A stretch of DNA of 64,000 bases from Escherichia coli (lineage in GTDB: Bacteria > Pseudomonadota > Gammaproteobacteria > Enterobacterales > Enterobacteriaceae), in assembly GCF_965641715.1 (NCBI RefSeq), contig NZ_OZ282453.1. One strand, written 5' to 3'. The translations under genes and the position numbers were made by a program. The notes beneath the pieces are model-generated. The model was not told the DNA's origin. It did no database searches and was given only the letters and a program-made list of their open reading frames with translations. Each line of letters starts with the position of its first letter. The stretch's first letter is position 1. Positions 53,674-62,273 of the stretch are shown here, in pieces.

Positions 53674-54252
53674 TTACTGAATACGCTCACCAAAGTAAAA
53701 CTCAGGCTGGTATTCACGTATCAGCCTTTTTTCTTCTTCCTCCAGCTCACGCTTTTTGCGCTTACATGCCTGTAGCTCCCTCCCCTTCTCACTGGCACTT
53801 ATCTGGTATTGCTCTTTGCGGCGGGAAAAATCCTGTAATGCGCCCCACGGGATACCATAAGCCCCCGTTTTTCTGATACCCGGTATCACATTTCTGAATA
53901 CCCAGTTACTGAAACGATGAGCAAATGTGCCAGGCGTCGTTGCTTTGCGGCTGCGGGCTATTAGTTTGTAGAAACCTGACTCGGAGATAATGCTCATATT
54001 CTGATTTCCTCCGGGGGTGTAAGTTAAATTTACTCCCTTTTCGTCATCATCAAGCATCTGCAACGCCGTACGCGAATTGGTCAATTCCAGCGCAGCACAA
54101 ACATCCTTTGCAACAAACCACGGATCGCCGTTTAGATACACCACACGAACATCCACGCCATCAAAGCGCAGAACGACCAGATCACGAATATCACAGAATT
54201 TTTTCACATGACGTGCGTCACCCTTGCCCGTCACGGCAATATTTTTATTCAT
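53674..54252 (-). CDS. Bro-N domain protein (antirepressor-like)
   Basis: 192 aa; Bro-N pattern RVVYLNGDPWFVAKDVCAALEL...ISESGFYKLIARSRK; C-terminal charged coiled coil. Confidence 0.65.
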   Translation of the reverse strand: MNKNIAVTGKGDARHVKKFCDIRDLVVLRFDGVDVRVVYLNGDPWFVAKDVCAALELTNSRTALQMLDDDEKGVNLTYTPGGNQNMSIISESGFYKLIARSRKATTPGTFAHRFSNWVFRNVIPGIRKTGAYGIPWGALQDFSRRKEQYQISASEKGRELQACKRKKRELEEEEKRLIREYQPEFYFGERIQ

Positions 54253-54309
54253 TGCTTTTTACCTCACATACAAAAAACCCCGCATTGCGTGGTGCGGGGT
54301 TGTCGGTAA

Positions 54310-54588
54310 TTACTTATTGGCGTTTTTGTATGGGCTGTTTACTTCCTTTACTCCTGGCGGATGCATAACCCACCAGAGCACATCAGAGAGCAACCAGGAA
54401 ACAGACACTTTCCCTAAATGAGCACGAGCAGGAAATGCTCCCTCCTGTTCAAGTACCCAACGTCTGCTTCTTGAAAGCCCGGTACGATTGGCACACTCAT
54501 GTTCGCGTATACGGCGATCATACGGTTCGCCATGATCTTTCAGAATCTGAATGCGTTCTTCGGGTGTAGGATAAATAAATTTTTGCAT
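54310..54588 (-). CDS. AlpA-like HTH regulator (second copy)
   Basis: ORF 54310-54618; HTH region ECANRTGLSRSRRWVLEQEGAFPARAHLG. Confidence 0.5.
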   Translation of the reverse strand: MQKFIYPTPEERIQILKDHGEPYDRRIREHECANRTGLSRSRRWVLEQEGAFPARAHLGKVSVSWLLSDVLWWVMHPPGVKEVNSPYKNANK

Positions 54589-54651
54589 AAAAATATCACC
54601 TATAAAAAAACCCGCCAAAAGACGGGTTGATTATATCTCATTTAATTTAGC

Positions 54652-54822
54652 TCAGGGTTTCCATTCACCTTTTACCCATTCCAGCACCTCAGATAAGCGC
54701 CAGACTTTTGTTTGTGGGCCAATACATATTTTTCGTGGAAATTTTCCTTCCTTTTCAAGTAACGATCTGTGTCTCCTGCCAAGAGCGGTTAACCATGCAC
54801 ATTCATCCTCCTTAATCATCCT
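54652..54822 (-). CDS. alpA: AlpA-family excisionase/regulator
   Basis: ORF 54652-54885; HTH WLTALGRRHRSLLEKEGKFPRKICIGPQTKVW; directly downstream of int. Confidence 0.65.
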   Translation of the reverse strand, partial: RMIKEDECAWLTALGRRHRSLLEKEGKFPRKICIGPQTKVWRLSEVLEWVKGEWKP

Positions 54823-54850
54823 GTCGATTGTTTCATCATTTTCAAGTTCT

Positions 54851-56074
54851 TCACGCGTAACTATTTGAATCATTACTGTCACCACTAATTTGCTTATTCA
54901 GATAGTCGTACCACCAGTTCATAGCTTCTTTTTTTCTGTCCATATACTGGCTTCTGTTATAAACCCCGGCAACACCGCCTAATGTGTGCCCAAGCAACTG
55001 TTCAACCACATTATGTTCAAAACCATGATCACTTAGTTTTGTGGCAAACACTCTTCGCATATCATGCGCCGTCCATTTCTCCGAGTGTTTCATCCTTTTC
55101 CATGTCTTACCGATAGTTACGCTTGCCGTACACTGACGCATATCAAACCCAATCACATTTTCTTTGTTACCTGTTATTTTTTTTAACGTAACTAACCAGT
55201 TAAACATGCCATCAGGAATCGGTCTGATTATTTCCCTGCCATTTTTGCTATGATCAGCGGGAACGCGCCATAATTTCTTATCAAAATCCCACTCTACCCA
55301 GGACGACAGTAATACTTCTGACAGTCGACAACCAAAAACTACCAGGAAACGTAAAATAATTCGGTTTTCATATGATAATTCGTGATTGTCATAATCAGTA
55401 TTAATACTTCGCCATAAATCTCTGATTTCATCATCTGTTAAAACCCTGCTTCTTCGCGCAGACTTTTTTCCCACATCACAGACCTCAAGATCATCAATTT
55501 CATGACTAATCGCGTATTTTCTTACCCTACAAAATTTAAGCGCCTGTTTTGATATACGCAACAAAGCTCCGGCCTGTACAGGTGCTACTTTTTTTATTTT
55601 GTCAAAACACTTAATCCACATAGATATAGAGCAATCACTAAGTGGTACATGACCAATCACCGGATAAATATGTTTACCAAAGCACTGCCTGATATGTTCT
55701 GCTCCCCTACGCTTATCCATTGCATAATTATCAAGCCAGTATTCAAGTGCCTCACGAACGGTAACAGGTTGCAAGGTGGCTTCCCGTTCAATTTTTATCT
55801 GAATCCGTGGATCTCTGCCCTCCGCAAGCCAGGTTCGACACTGATCGCGCATCTCTCTCGCTGATTTGAGACTCAGATCAGGATATTTTCCAAGTGTCAG
55901 CCAGATGGGCGCGGTTCCCCTTCCCGCCAGTCTGTAAAAGAAAACAAAACTAACACATCCGTATTTACTGACCCGTACCGAAAGCCCGTTACCATCAGCG
56001 ATGGTTTCCTGCCTCTCACTCCTGCGCCCAAGCAGGGAACGAAGTTTTTTATCGCTCAGTTTGTTTAGCGCCAT
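54851..56074 (-). CDS. int: Tyrosine integrase, P4 type
   Basis: ORF 54851-56110; likely start MALNKLSDKKL; arm-binding N-domain; catalytic C-domain with HxxR and terminal Tyr region. Confidence 0.9.
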   Translation of the reverse strand: MALNKLSDKKLRSLLGRRSERQETIADGNGLSVRVSKYGCVSFVFFYRLAGRGTAPIWLTLGKYPDLSLKSAREMRDQCRTWLAEGRDPRIQIKIEREATLQPVTVREALEYWLDNYAMDKRRGAEHIRQCFGKHIYPVIGHVPLSDCSISMWIKCFDKIKKVAPVQAGALLRISKQALKFCRVRKYAISHEIDDLEVCDVGKKSARRSRVLTDDEIRDLWRSINTDYDNHELSYENRIILRFLVVFGCRLSEVLLSSWVEWDFDKKLWRVPADHSKNGREIIRPIPDGMFNWLVTLKKITGNKENVIGFDMRQCTASVTIGKTWKRMKHSEKWTAHDMRRVFATKLSDHGFEHNVVEQLLGHTLGGVAGVYNRSQYMDRKKEAMNWWYDYLNKQISGDSNDSNSYA

Positions 56075-56093
56075 GTGATTTATAACCCGTTTT

Positions 56094-56116
56094 TGCAATA
56101 CACAGTGCAATACACA
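56094..56116. repeat. Tandem TGCAATACACAG x2 near the satellite right end; candidate integrase arm site
   Basis: Same motif as 41271-41292; 20-40 bp upstream of the int start. Confidence 0.45.
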
Positions 56117-56245
56117 AATGATGAAAACAGCCAGAACCTTCCAGAAAAAACAAAAACGACGAACAAGAAAAAATCTTTTTCTTTCATTTGGTTACTAAAA
56201 AAATCAGGACAGGTCGCACTGTTGTTACGGCGTGATGTTACTTTC

Positions 56246-57273
56246 TTTGTGAAAAAATTCACCCGCGCCGAGACCTGCTCCTTCGCCTTTTTCGCCAGAC
56301 GACGCAGATCATCCCAGCGTTTACAGATGCCCAGGCCGGGATTCGCTTTCTGCCAGACCGTTTCATCAAACGGATCATCTCCCTCATCGAGCGTGTAAAT
56401 GATCGCAAAGTAAGAGTCGTCTTTTACCGCGCCCTCCACGTCACTGTTATAGCCACGCAATACCTTAATGGCGTAATCACGCTGCTCGTAACAAATCCCT
56501 TCCTTGTTAAACCCTGCCGTGGTGATACCAAATAAAAGGGACTGCAGACGGGCACCGGTTGCCGTTTCCAGAACGTCCCACACGTCACGGGTTTTATGTG
56601 CATGCAGCTCATCAATAATGGCGCAGTGGATGTTCAGACCGTCCAGGTTGTTTGCATCCGAGGAAAGCGGTTCAAATTTTGATGCGCTCTGCTCCTGGTA
56701 GATCGCCAGCTTGTTGAAATCAAATAACCGCCCGAGTGTCGACCGGGCTTTTCTGACCATATTTTTGGCGTCTTCAAACACGATTCTGGCCTGGTCACGC
56801 GTGGTTGCGGCTGAATACACCTCAGCTCCACCTTCACCATCTGCCCCCGTCATATACAGGCCGATACCCGATGACAGAGTTGATTTTGCGTTTTTACGGG
56901 CGACTTCGTTGTACGCCGTCCGGAACCGGCGCACCATCACCGGACGTCCGCTGCCATCGCTGCGCATGACAACTTCCCCGGTCTCTTCATTCACCAGCGG
57001 AATGACAAAACCAAAAATATTAATGAGGATAAATACATGCCAGTCCATCAACTCAATGGGCTGGCCTGCCAGCGCCCCTTTTACATGAGGCACAAATTTG
57101 TAGAAATTCAGGATGTGCTGCGCACGGGGTTCACTGAAATAAATCCCCCGCTCTTCGCCGTACTTCAGATCATCAAGAAAACGCTGGCAGGCCAGACGGA
57201 CAAATTCCCCAGCAACAATTTCTCCTGCAACAACACGTTCGGCGTAGCGGATCCCGTCAGCCACTTTTGCCAT
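56246..57273 (-). pseudogene. Prophage terminase large subunit, N-terminal fragment (about 343 codons), interrupted by the satellite
   Basis: ORF 56080-57273; terminase ATPase region through ...ARVNFFTKK, then non-terminase read-through into satellite DNA. Confidence 0.8.
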
Positions 57274-57755
57274 CAGTCTCTCGCTTTTAAAAGCTCTGCC
57301 AGCGGATCAACATCATCCGGTCCGGCGATATTTACTTTCGCCCGGCTTGCCGGTGACATACCAAACTCTGCAAGCATTGCCCGGATCCGCTTCCAGGCAT
57401 CCGCTTTCATTGCCGCCGCGGGGTGCGCCTTAATCAGTACATCACCGCTCTGCGTTTCCGTGCGGTAGGTATACCCCTCAACATCGAGTGTTTCGCAGTG
57501 ATGCCGATATTCGGTGTAGGCTTCCACCAGCAACTCGAGCGCACGCGCATCAAGCTGAGAAATGATCCCTTCCGCATTCAGCTCTTCCGCCATTCGCCTG
57601 AACCAGTACTTCCCCTGAGCCCCTAAATGCTGCGGAATTTTAGGAAGACCTTTTTCATCCTTTTTAGCGGTTTTTTTGGGGTCTTTAACGGGGCGCTTTG
57701 AGGGATTGCCTCGTATCAAATGCAGGCGTGGCGGGGTTTTCGGAGGTCCTGACAT
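57273..57755 (-). CDS. Terminase small subunit, P27-like (prophage copy)
   Basis: 160 aa; overlaps terL start by 1 nt. Confidence 0.8.
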   Translation of the reverse strand: MSGPPKTPPRLHLIRGNPSKRPVKDPKKTAKKDEKGLPKIPQHLGAQGKYWFRRMAEELNAEGIISQLDARALELLVEAYTEYRHHCETLDVEGYTYRTETQSGDVLIKAHPAAAMKADAWKRIRAMLAEFGMSPASRAKVNIAGPDDVDPLAELLKARD

Positions 57756-57903
57756 AATCGGTTTTACCTATCAATCATTTAATCACATTCCCAAAAAAAA
57801 GTTTTCGAACCTGCGGCGATGCGAGGAAAGGTCAGGCGGCGGTACTGAGCAGCCAGGGCTGCAGAGATTTGACCCGCCCCTCCCCTACAGATGGGAACTG
57901 TTA

Positions 57904-58254
57904 TCAATTGATGCGTTCGCGTGCTGTTTTTGCTTTATGACAGGGGCAGCACAGACTCTGCAGGTTACTGTCTGCATCCGTGCCACCATGAGCTTTCGGA
58001 ATGATGTGGTCCACAGTTCTGGCTTCAACGGCTCTCCCATTGCGCATGCAGTTCTGACACAGATGATTATCACGCTTCAGTATGCGCGCACGTATGGCAT
58101 CCCATTTCGAGCCATAGCCACGCTGGTGGCGGCTCAGTCCGCGCTGATGCTGTACCCATCCTTCGCCACGATGTTTATCGCAGTAACCAGAACTGTCTGT
58201 GGTTGTACCTGCACATCCACGCTTACGGCAGGCGCGGGGGATTTGTGATGGCAT
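57904..58254 (-). CDS. HNH endonuclease (prophage copy)
   Basis: ORF 57904-58290; VDHIIPKAHGGTDADSNLQSLCCPCH. Confidence 0.8.
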   Translation of the reverse strand: MPSQIPRACRKRGCAGTTTDSSGYCDKHRGEGWVQHQRGLSRHQRGYGSKWDAIRARILKRDNHLCQNCMRNGRAVEARTVDHIIPKAHGGTDADSNLQSLCCPCHKAKTARERIN

Positions 58255-58296
58255 AGAATTTCGCTCCGCTAAAAAATATTCTGCTCTCACCGTCGG

Positions 58297-58479
58297 TCAG
58301 TTCTGCAGACACTGCCGGACACTATCAACAATTTCGCAGACCTGAGAAGCTGTATCGAAAAGCTGACGCGCCTTATCCAGGCTGACGCATCCCGCCAAGA
58401 AAAAAGGCACCAGTATCGCTACCAGTGCCCATTTCGCCGCCACTCGTGGCATTCTGTGTGTCCAGTGTTTTCTGCTCAT
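58297..58479 (-). CDS. Spanin-like lipoprotein (Rz1-like)
   Basis: About 60 aa with signal peptide and LAGC lipobox; directly after the endolysin. Confidence 0.45.
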   Translation of the reverse strand: MSRKHWTHRMPRVAAKWALVAILVPFFLAGCVSLDKARQLFDTASQVCEIVDSVRQCLQN

Positions 58480-58493
58480 AACACACCTGGTTA

Positions 58494-58877
58494 TCAGCGT
58501 TTCAACTGAAAGTGAGGCCCGTCTTTCAGTGTTTTCCAGTCCCCGCCCCATTCGATGGCAGTTCCCAGCTCTGCGGCAGCCTGCTTAAATGCCTGCGCGA
58601 TTTTCTCGTACAGAGCCCAGTCCCATGACACCTGGCTGCCAACGTAAGCCACAACATCCACCGCATCACCGGTCAGGTGACGACTGTTCATGGTCTGGCT
58701 CTTGCCTTCTGCAACCAGCTGTTTCTGGCGTTCTTTCGTGCGCAGGCCTTCCGTAATACCGAAATCAACCTCCGTCAGCTCCAGCGCACGGCGAACCACG
58801 GCAACCAGCTGTGGTTTGACGCCCTCCAGATTCTTTTCGCTGCGACGACTAAATCTGAATTTACCCGACATATTCAC
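58494..58877 (-). CDS. Endolysin, peptidase M15 family
   Basis: 127 aa; HLTGDAVD and GGDW motifs. Confidence 0.75.
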   Translation of the reverse strand: MNMSGKFRFSRRSEKNLEGVKPQLVAVVRRALELTEVDFGITEGLRTKERQKQLVAEGKSQTMNSRHLTGDAVDVVAYVGSQVSWDWALYEKIAQAFKQAAAELGTAIEWGGDWKTLKDGPHFQLKR

Positions 58878-59149
58878 CTCAACAATGGAAAGATTTTTGT
58901 GACGTTCCCGCGTGCGCGTATTACCAGTACGCAGAACAACAGATTAAAAAACACGACCAGCCAGTTACCGGGAAGAATGGTGCCACAGAGAAAGGCAAGT
59001 GGCGGAAGCGCATATACCGTCATCAACAACCAGGCCAGCCATGACATCAGCGGTTTGTGTCTGGAGTCACGACGGCGATAAAAAAAGAGCGTCGGCACGA
59101 TAAACGAGCACAACGCCACATTCAGCAATCCGGGAAGGTTATTTAACAT
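58874..59149 (-). CDS. Small multi-pass membrane protein (holin or antiholin candidate)
   Basis: About 92 aa with three hydrophobic helices; between holin candidate and endolysin. Confidence 0.45.
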   Translation of the reverse strand: MLNNLPGLLNVALCSFIVPTLFFYRRRDSRHKPLMSWLAWLLMTVYALPPLAFLCGTILPGNWLVVFFNLLFCVLVIRARGNVTKIFPLLR

Positions 59150-59531
59150 TGCCGCCTCCTCCGCCCCGCAGGCGGGAGAACAGGCCGGACACCAGTGATG
59201 CAATATCCTGCTGGTGGATGAACGACAGAATCTTTACCGACACCACTGACACCAGTACTGCACACAATGCGTCAACAGGTGCACCGTCAAACCCTGTATG
59301 CTTTACCAGCCAGGACGCCAGAACCTCTGCGCCCAGCACGCCGATAATGAACGACACAAGAAAATGCGCCACCACACGCCAGGCTGAAAGCGCCTGCGGC
59401 ATCGTTGCCACAAATAACGCCCCGGCGAACGCACCAAACACAATCCCGAAATCCGTTCCGGTAAACAGCCCGAAGACCGTCGCTCCACCGAGCGCCGCAG
59501 CCGTGCCGGAACCGGATAAGGGTTCAGACAT
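59139..59531 (-). CDS. Holin-like membrane protein
   Basis: ORF 59139-59654; likely start MSEPLSGSG; Gly/Ala-rich TM helices; first gene of the lysis cassette. Confidence 0.5.
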   Translation of the reverse strand: MSEPLSGSGTAAALGGATVFGLFTGTDFGIVFGAFAGALFVATMPQALSAWRVVAHFLVSFIIGVLGAEVLASWLVKHTGFDGAPVDALCAVLVSVVSVKILSFIHQQDIASLVSGLFSRLRGGGGGNVK

Positions 59532-59896
59532 ACTTTTTCTCCTGTAAATAAAAAAGGGCCACCAGCGGCCCGTAAAAAACACCCCGTCAAAAGCACCGGC
59601 ATCCGCAGATGCCCTTTGTGTGGCGTTATTTGATGCGCACCAGATGTGGCGCAAAGAAATGAAATAAGACTTACCGAAAATTAAGGTTAATTTGAGGATT
59701 TAAACCACTTCTGAAGCTTAGTAGTATGAACATGTCCCCGGAAGGGGGCCAATACTTATTATTCTTCATGGACTTTGTCCCGCGGTCTTAATCCGACGAC
59801 CGCGCTACTTTTTACCCTCTCGCAAATTGCTATCTAAAGGACGTTGTCCCACGAGTATTCCTGGATGCTCGTGTCTTTTTTTGTCCTGAGAAAGGA

Positions 59897-59923
59897 ATAA
59901 AAAAAACCGCCAGATATGGCGGT
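59897..59923 (-). terminator. Rho-independent terminator between the tRNAs and the lysis cassette
   Basis: Hairpin ACCGCCA-gata-TGGCGGT followed by a T8 run on the minus strand. Confidence 0.45.
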
Positions 59924-60858
59924 TGGTCAATGCAAGGGATGAATTTTTTAATTGTTATTAAACCGAGGCGCCGGGTGCCTCCCGAAGTATTCCGTGCTGT
60001 ATGGATACTGTGGTTTCCCGCTAAACCGACTCTATAAACCACCCTCGCGCTGAGGAACGCCCCAATTCATGTTTTTCAACACAGAGAAGCGCATCACTGG
60101 TTACTCAACGCTAAATCCGGCTTCCTGTCGTGGGCAATGCGCCATTTCTGTGTCATAAAAAAATACAGCACTGAATCCGTAACCGATCTCCATTACAGAA
60201 TGAGGCCCAACAAAGGAATTAACGAGATCTGTTCCTCACAAAAAACGCCAGTGCTGTAAAAACTCATCAAAGAACAATGAAGGTACGGAGAACAGGAATC
60301 GAACCAGTATCACTAACCTAAAAGGCTGAAGTAATAGCCACTGTACGATACCTGTATATAGAGCGGGCCTCCGTAACCACAGTAATGATACTATAACAAT
60401 ATGATTAAACGGATGCCAGCAATGACCCGCGAGGCAGCTGGTCATGCGCCAGTGAACACAGACTCGCTGCCTTTTGGGTCGGGAGTAATATTACCGATAA
60501 ATCATATGACATCAAAAAATAATTGGTTTTAAGATTTTAATATGTGTATAAATATGTATCAGATAAATACAAATTATTTTATTTCATCCAGAATTCTGAT
60601 TTTACGCAAGAGATTGCTAAAAAATAACACAAACATGATCAGTTTGGGAACAAACCAATTCCGTTGTCGCAATAAATAACAGGAAATACTCCGGGAACAA
60701 CGGAGCGCAAGAATTACATCAGCAGTGGTTTTTGTAACGTTTAACGTTAATTGTATCGTTGATAGAAAAGCTTTGACGCAATATAGTGAACTAACAGGGC
60801 CTGACGAATAGCCCTATTACGCCGAGCTAATAGCGCTGCCAGCTAAACTTGCATGGAA

Positions 60859-60935
60859 TGGTCCGCCACCGAGGACTCGAACCTCGCACCATCAACTTAG
60901 AAGGTTGATGCTCTATCCCGATGAGCTAGTGGCGG
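60859..60935 (-). tRNA. tRNA-Arg (anticodon UCU)
   Basis: Folded by hand: acceptor CCGCCAC/GTGGCGG, anticodon loop CT-TCT-AA, T-loop TTCGAGT, 3' ACCA. Confidence 0.85.
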
Positions 60936-60936
60936 T

Positions 60937-61012
60937 TGGTGGCCCTTGCTGGATTTGAACCAGCGACCTGGCGATTATGAGTCGCTCGCTCTCACCACTG
61001 AGCTAAAGGGCC
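60937..61012 (-). tRNA. tRNA-Ile2 / Met-like (anticodon CAU), ileX/ileZ-like
   Basis: Reverse complement GGCCCTTTAGCTCAGTGG...GACTCATAATCGC...GGTTCAAATCC...GGGCCACCA; near-identical in layout to E. coli ileX. Confidence 0.85.
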
Positions 61013-61221
61013 GGGCGCAGGATAATAACGTTACAAAATCAATGTTGCAAGCATTCAAAAATCACCTGGTTAAAAATCCCCCTTACTTCCTCCACCAGCG
61101 CATTCACCATGTCTATCCGAGATAAGTGGCACAAAAAACCCGCATTTCGGCGGGTTTTGTTTGCTTTTGCCATCACGTACAAAATCGGCAAAATATCAGA
61201 TTTGCGTGAAATATATGCCTT

Positions 61222-61917
61222 TCAATCTACTTTTGCAACACTTTGCTTTGAAAATGCCGCCTTTTGTTTTGAACGCGTTCTCATTACAAACAATAAAGCC
61301 CCACTATCCAGTCGGTAAAAAATGTGTTTCATTGCAACCCAGTGACGAGTAAATGTTTTGGACCAGTTTTTAGTTGTCACTCCCGCCAGTAATGCCAGCT
61401 CCTGGTATTCATAACCTTCCCCACCAAAAAGTTCTGCTTTTACTGCCTGCGCCGCCAGCCAGATTAATTTTTTCAGGCGTTCCTGCGTTTTCCCTGCAAT
61501 TTTTCTGGTACCGGATTGAGTATTAAATTCATTCCACGCCCACTGTGTTATCGCGATCTGATATTCCCAACAAATACTCCCGCTGTAACACCACAACAAC
61601 CAGGCTTTATGATGTTCTTCAAGAGACAGAACAGCCCGCCGCCACGATGATGTCGAAAACTCAACCGGACTGACCAGAGGAATTGACGTCCCCTTCGCCA
61701 GCGATTGCTTTCCCGGAATTGGTGGATTATCCCGCGTTATCATTTTTCCAGTCACTTCATCGCGGTACCGGATTTTTTTTCGCCTGTAACGCCCTGTATC
61801 GAACATGGCATTCTCTTGCCAGGCTTCAAGCTGACCTTTTGTTGCCCCACTCAAATCAGCGGTGGCGATAATGAGCTGCTCACGCACAAACTGTAAATAC
61901 TGGTTATTCATGCGCAC
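61222..61917 (-). CDS. Late-gene antiterminator Q-like protein (putative)
   Basis: 231-aa ORF directly upstream of the tRNAs and lysis cassette and downstream of rusA. Confidence 0.5.
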   Translation of the reverse strand: MRMNNQYLQFVREQLIIATADLSGATKGQLEAWQENAMFDTGRYRRKKIRYRDEVTGKMITRDNPPIPGKQSLAKGTSIPLVSPVEFSTSSWRRAVLSLEEHHKAWLLWCYSGSICWEYQIAITQWAWNEFNTQSGTRKIAGKTQERLKKLIWLAAQAVKAELFGGEGYEYQELALLAGVTTKNWSKTFTRHWVAMKHIFYRLDSGALLFVMRTRSKQKAAFSKQSVAKVD

Positions 61918-62273
61918 TCCAGTTCTGTGATTTTTATCCCCAGCCGCCCACCAGGAACGAGCTGACCGCGCACAATATTGATTTCATCAAACTGCTCGTC
62001 GTCTATAAGTAGTCCGGCATGCGTCAGCGCATCCAGTGGTGCCTTCAGGATATTGTCCAGGTCGCGGCGGCGCTTATCCGGTGGCTCTGCAATAATCTTT
62101 ATCGCCAGCCTTCCGGACAGGCTTAATTTCAGCCGCTGCTGGCGAACAATTAGCGCCACATCACGGCGATAACGCTTTCCGGCTTCCGAGATGAAATACG
62201 TATTGCCATGACGTCGCCAGTAGGTATTCACCGTCGGCGGGTAAGGCAAAACAAATTCTATGCGTTCAGTCAT
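61908..62273 (-). CDS. rusA: Holliday-junction resolvase RusA
   Basis: 121 aa; RusA motifs PPTVNTYWRRHG and DKRRRDLDNILKAPLDAL. Confidence 0.8.
   Translation of the reverse strand: MTERIEFVLPYPPTVNTYWRRHGNTYFISEAGKRYRRDVALIVRQQRLKLSLSGRLAIKIIAEPPDKRRRDLDNILKAPLDALTHAGLLIDDEQFDEINIVRGQLVPGGRLGIKITELECA

Larger units (their letters stand above)
41189..56252 (-). mobile_element. Integrated tail-less phage satellite (cf-PICI/P4-like), ~15.06 kb
   Basis: Bounded by the 7-bp direct repeat TTTGTGA (41189-41195 and 56246-56252) that splits prophage terL; carries int, alpA, bro, primase, iterons and a full capsid/packaging set but no tail or lysis genes. Confidence 0.8.

Noticed and set aside
60283-60370. 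Third tRNA gene (argO-like) downstream of the Ile and Arg tRNAs
   Set aside because: A GGTTCGATTCC T-loop is present but I could not fold a complete cloverleaf with a paired acceptor stem; treated as a remnant.
59660-60850. Shiga toxin or other toxin cargo in the Q-tRNA-lysis slot
   Set aside because: No ORF over 70 aa and no A/B subunit-like translation in any frame.
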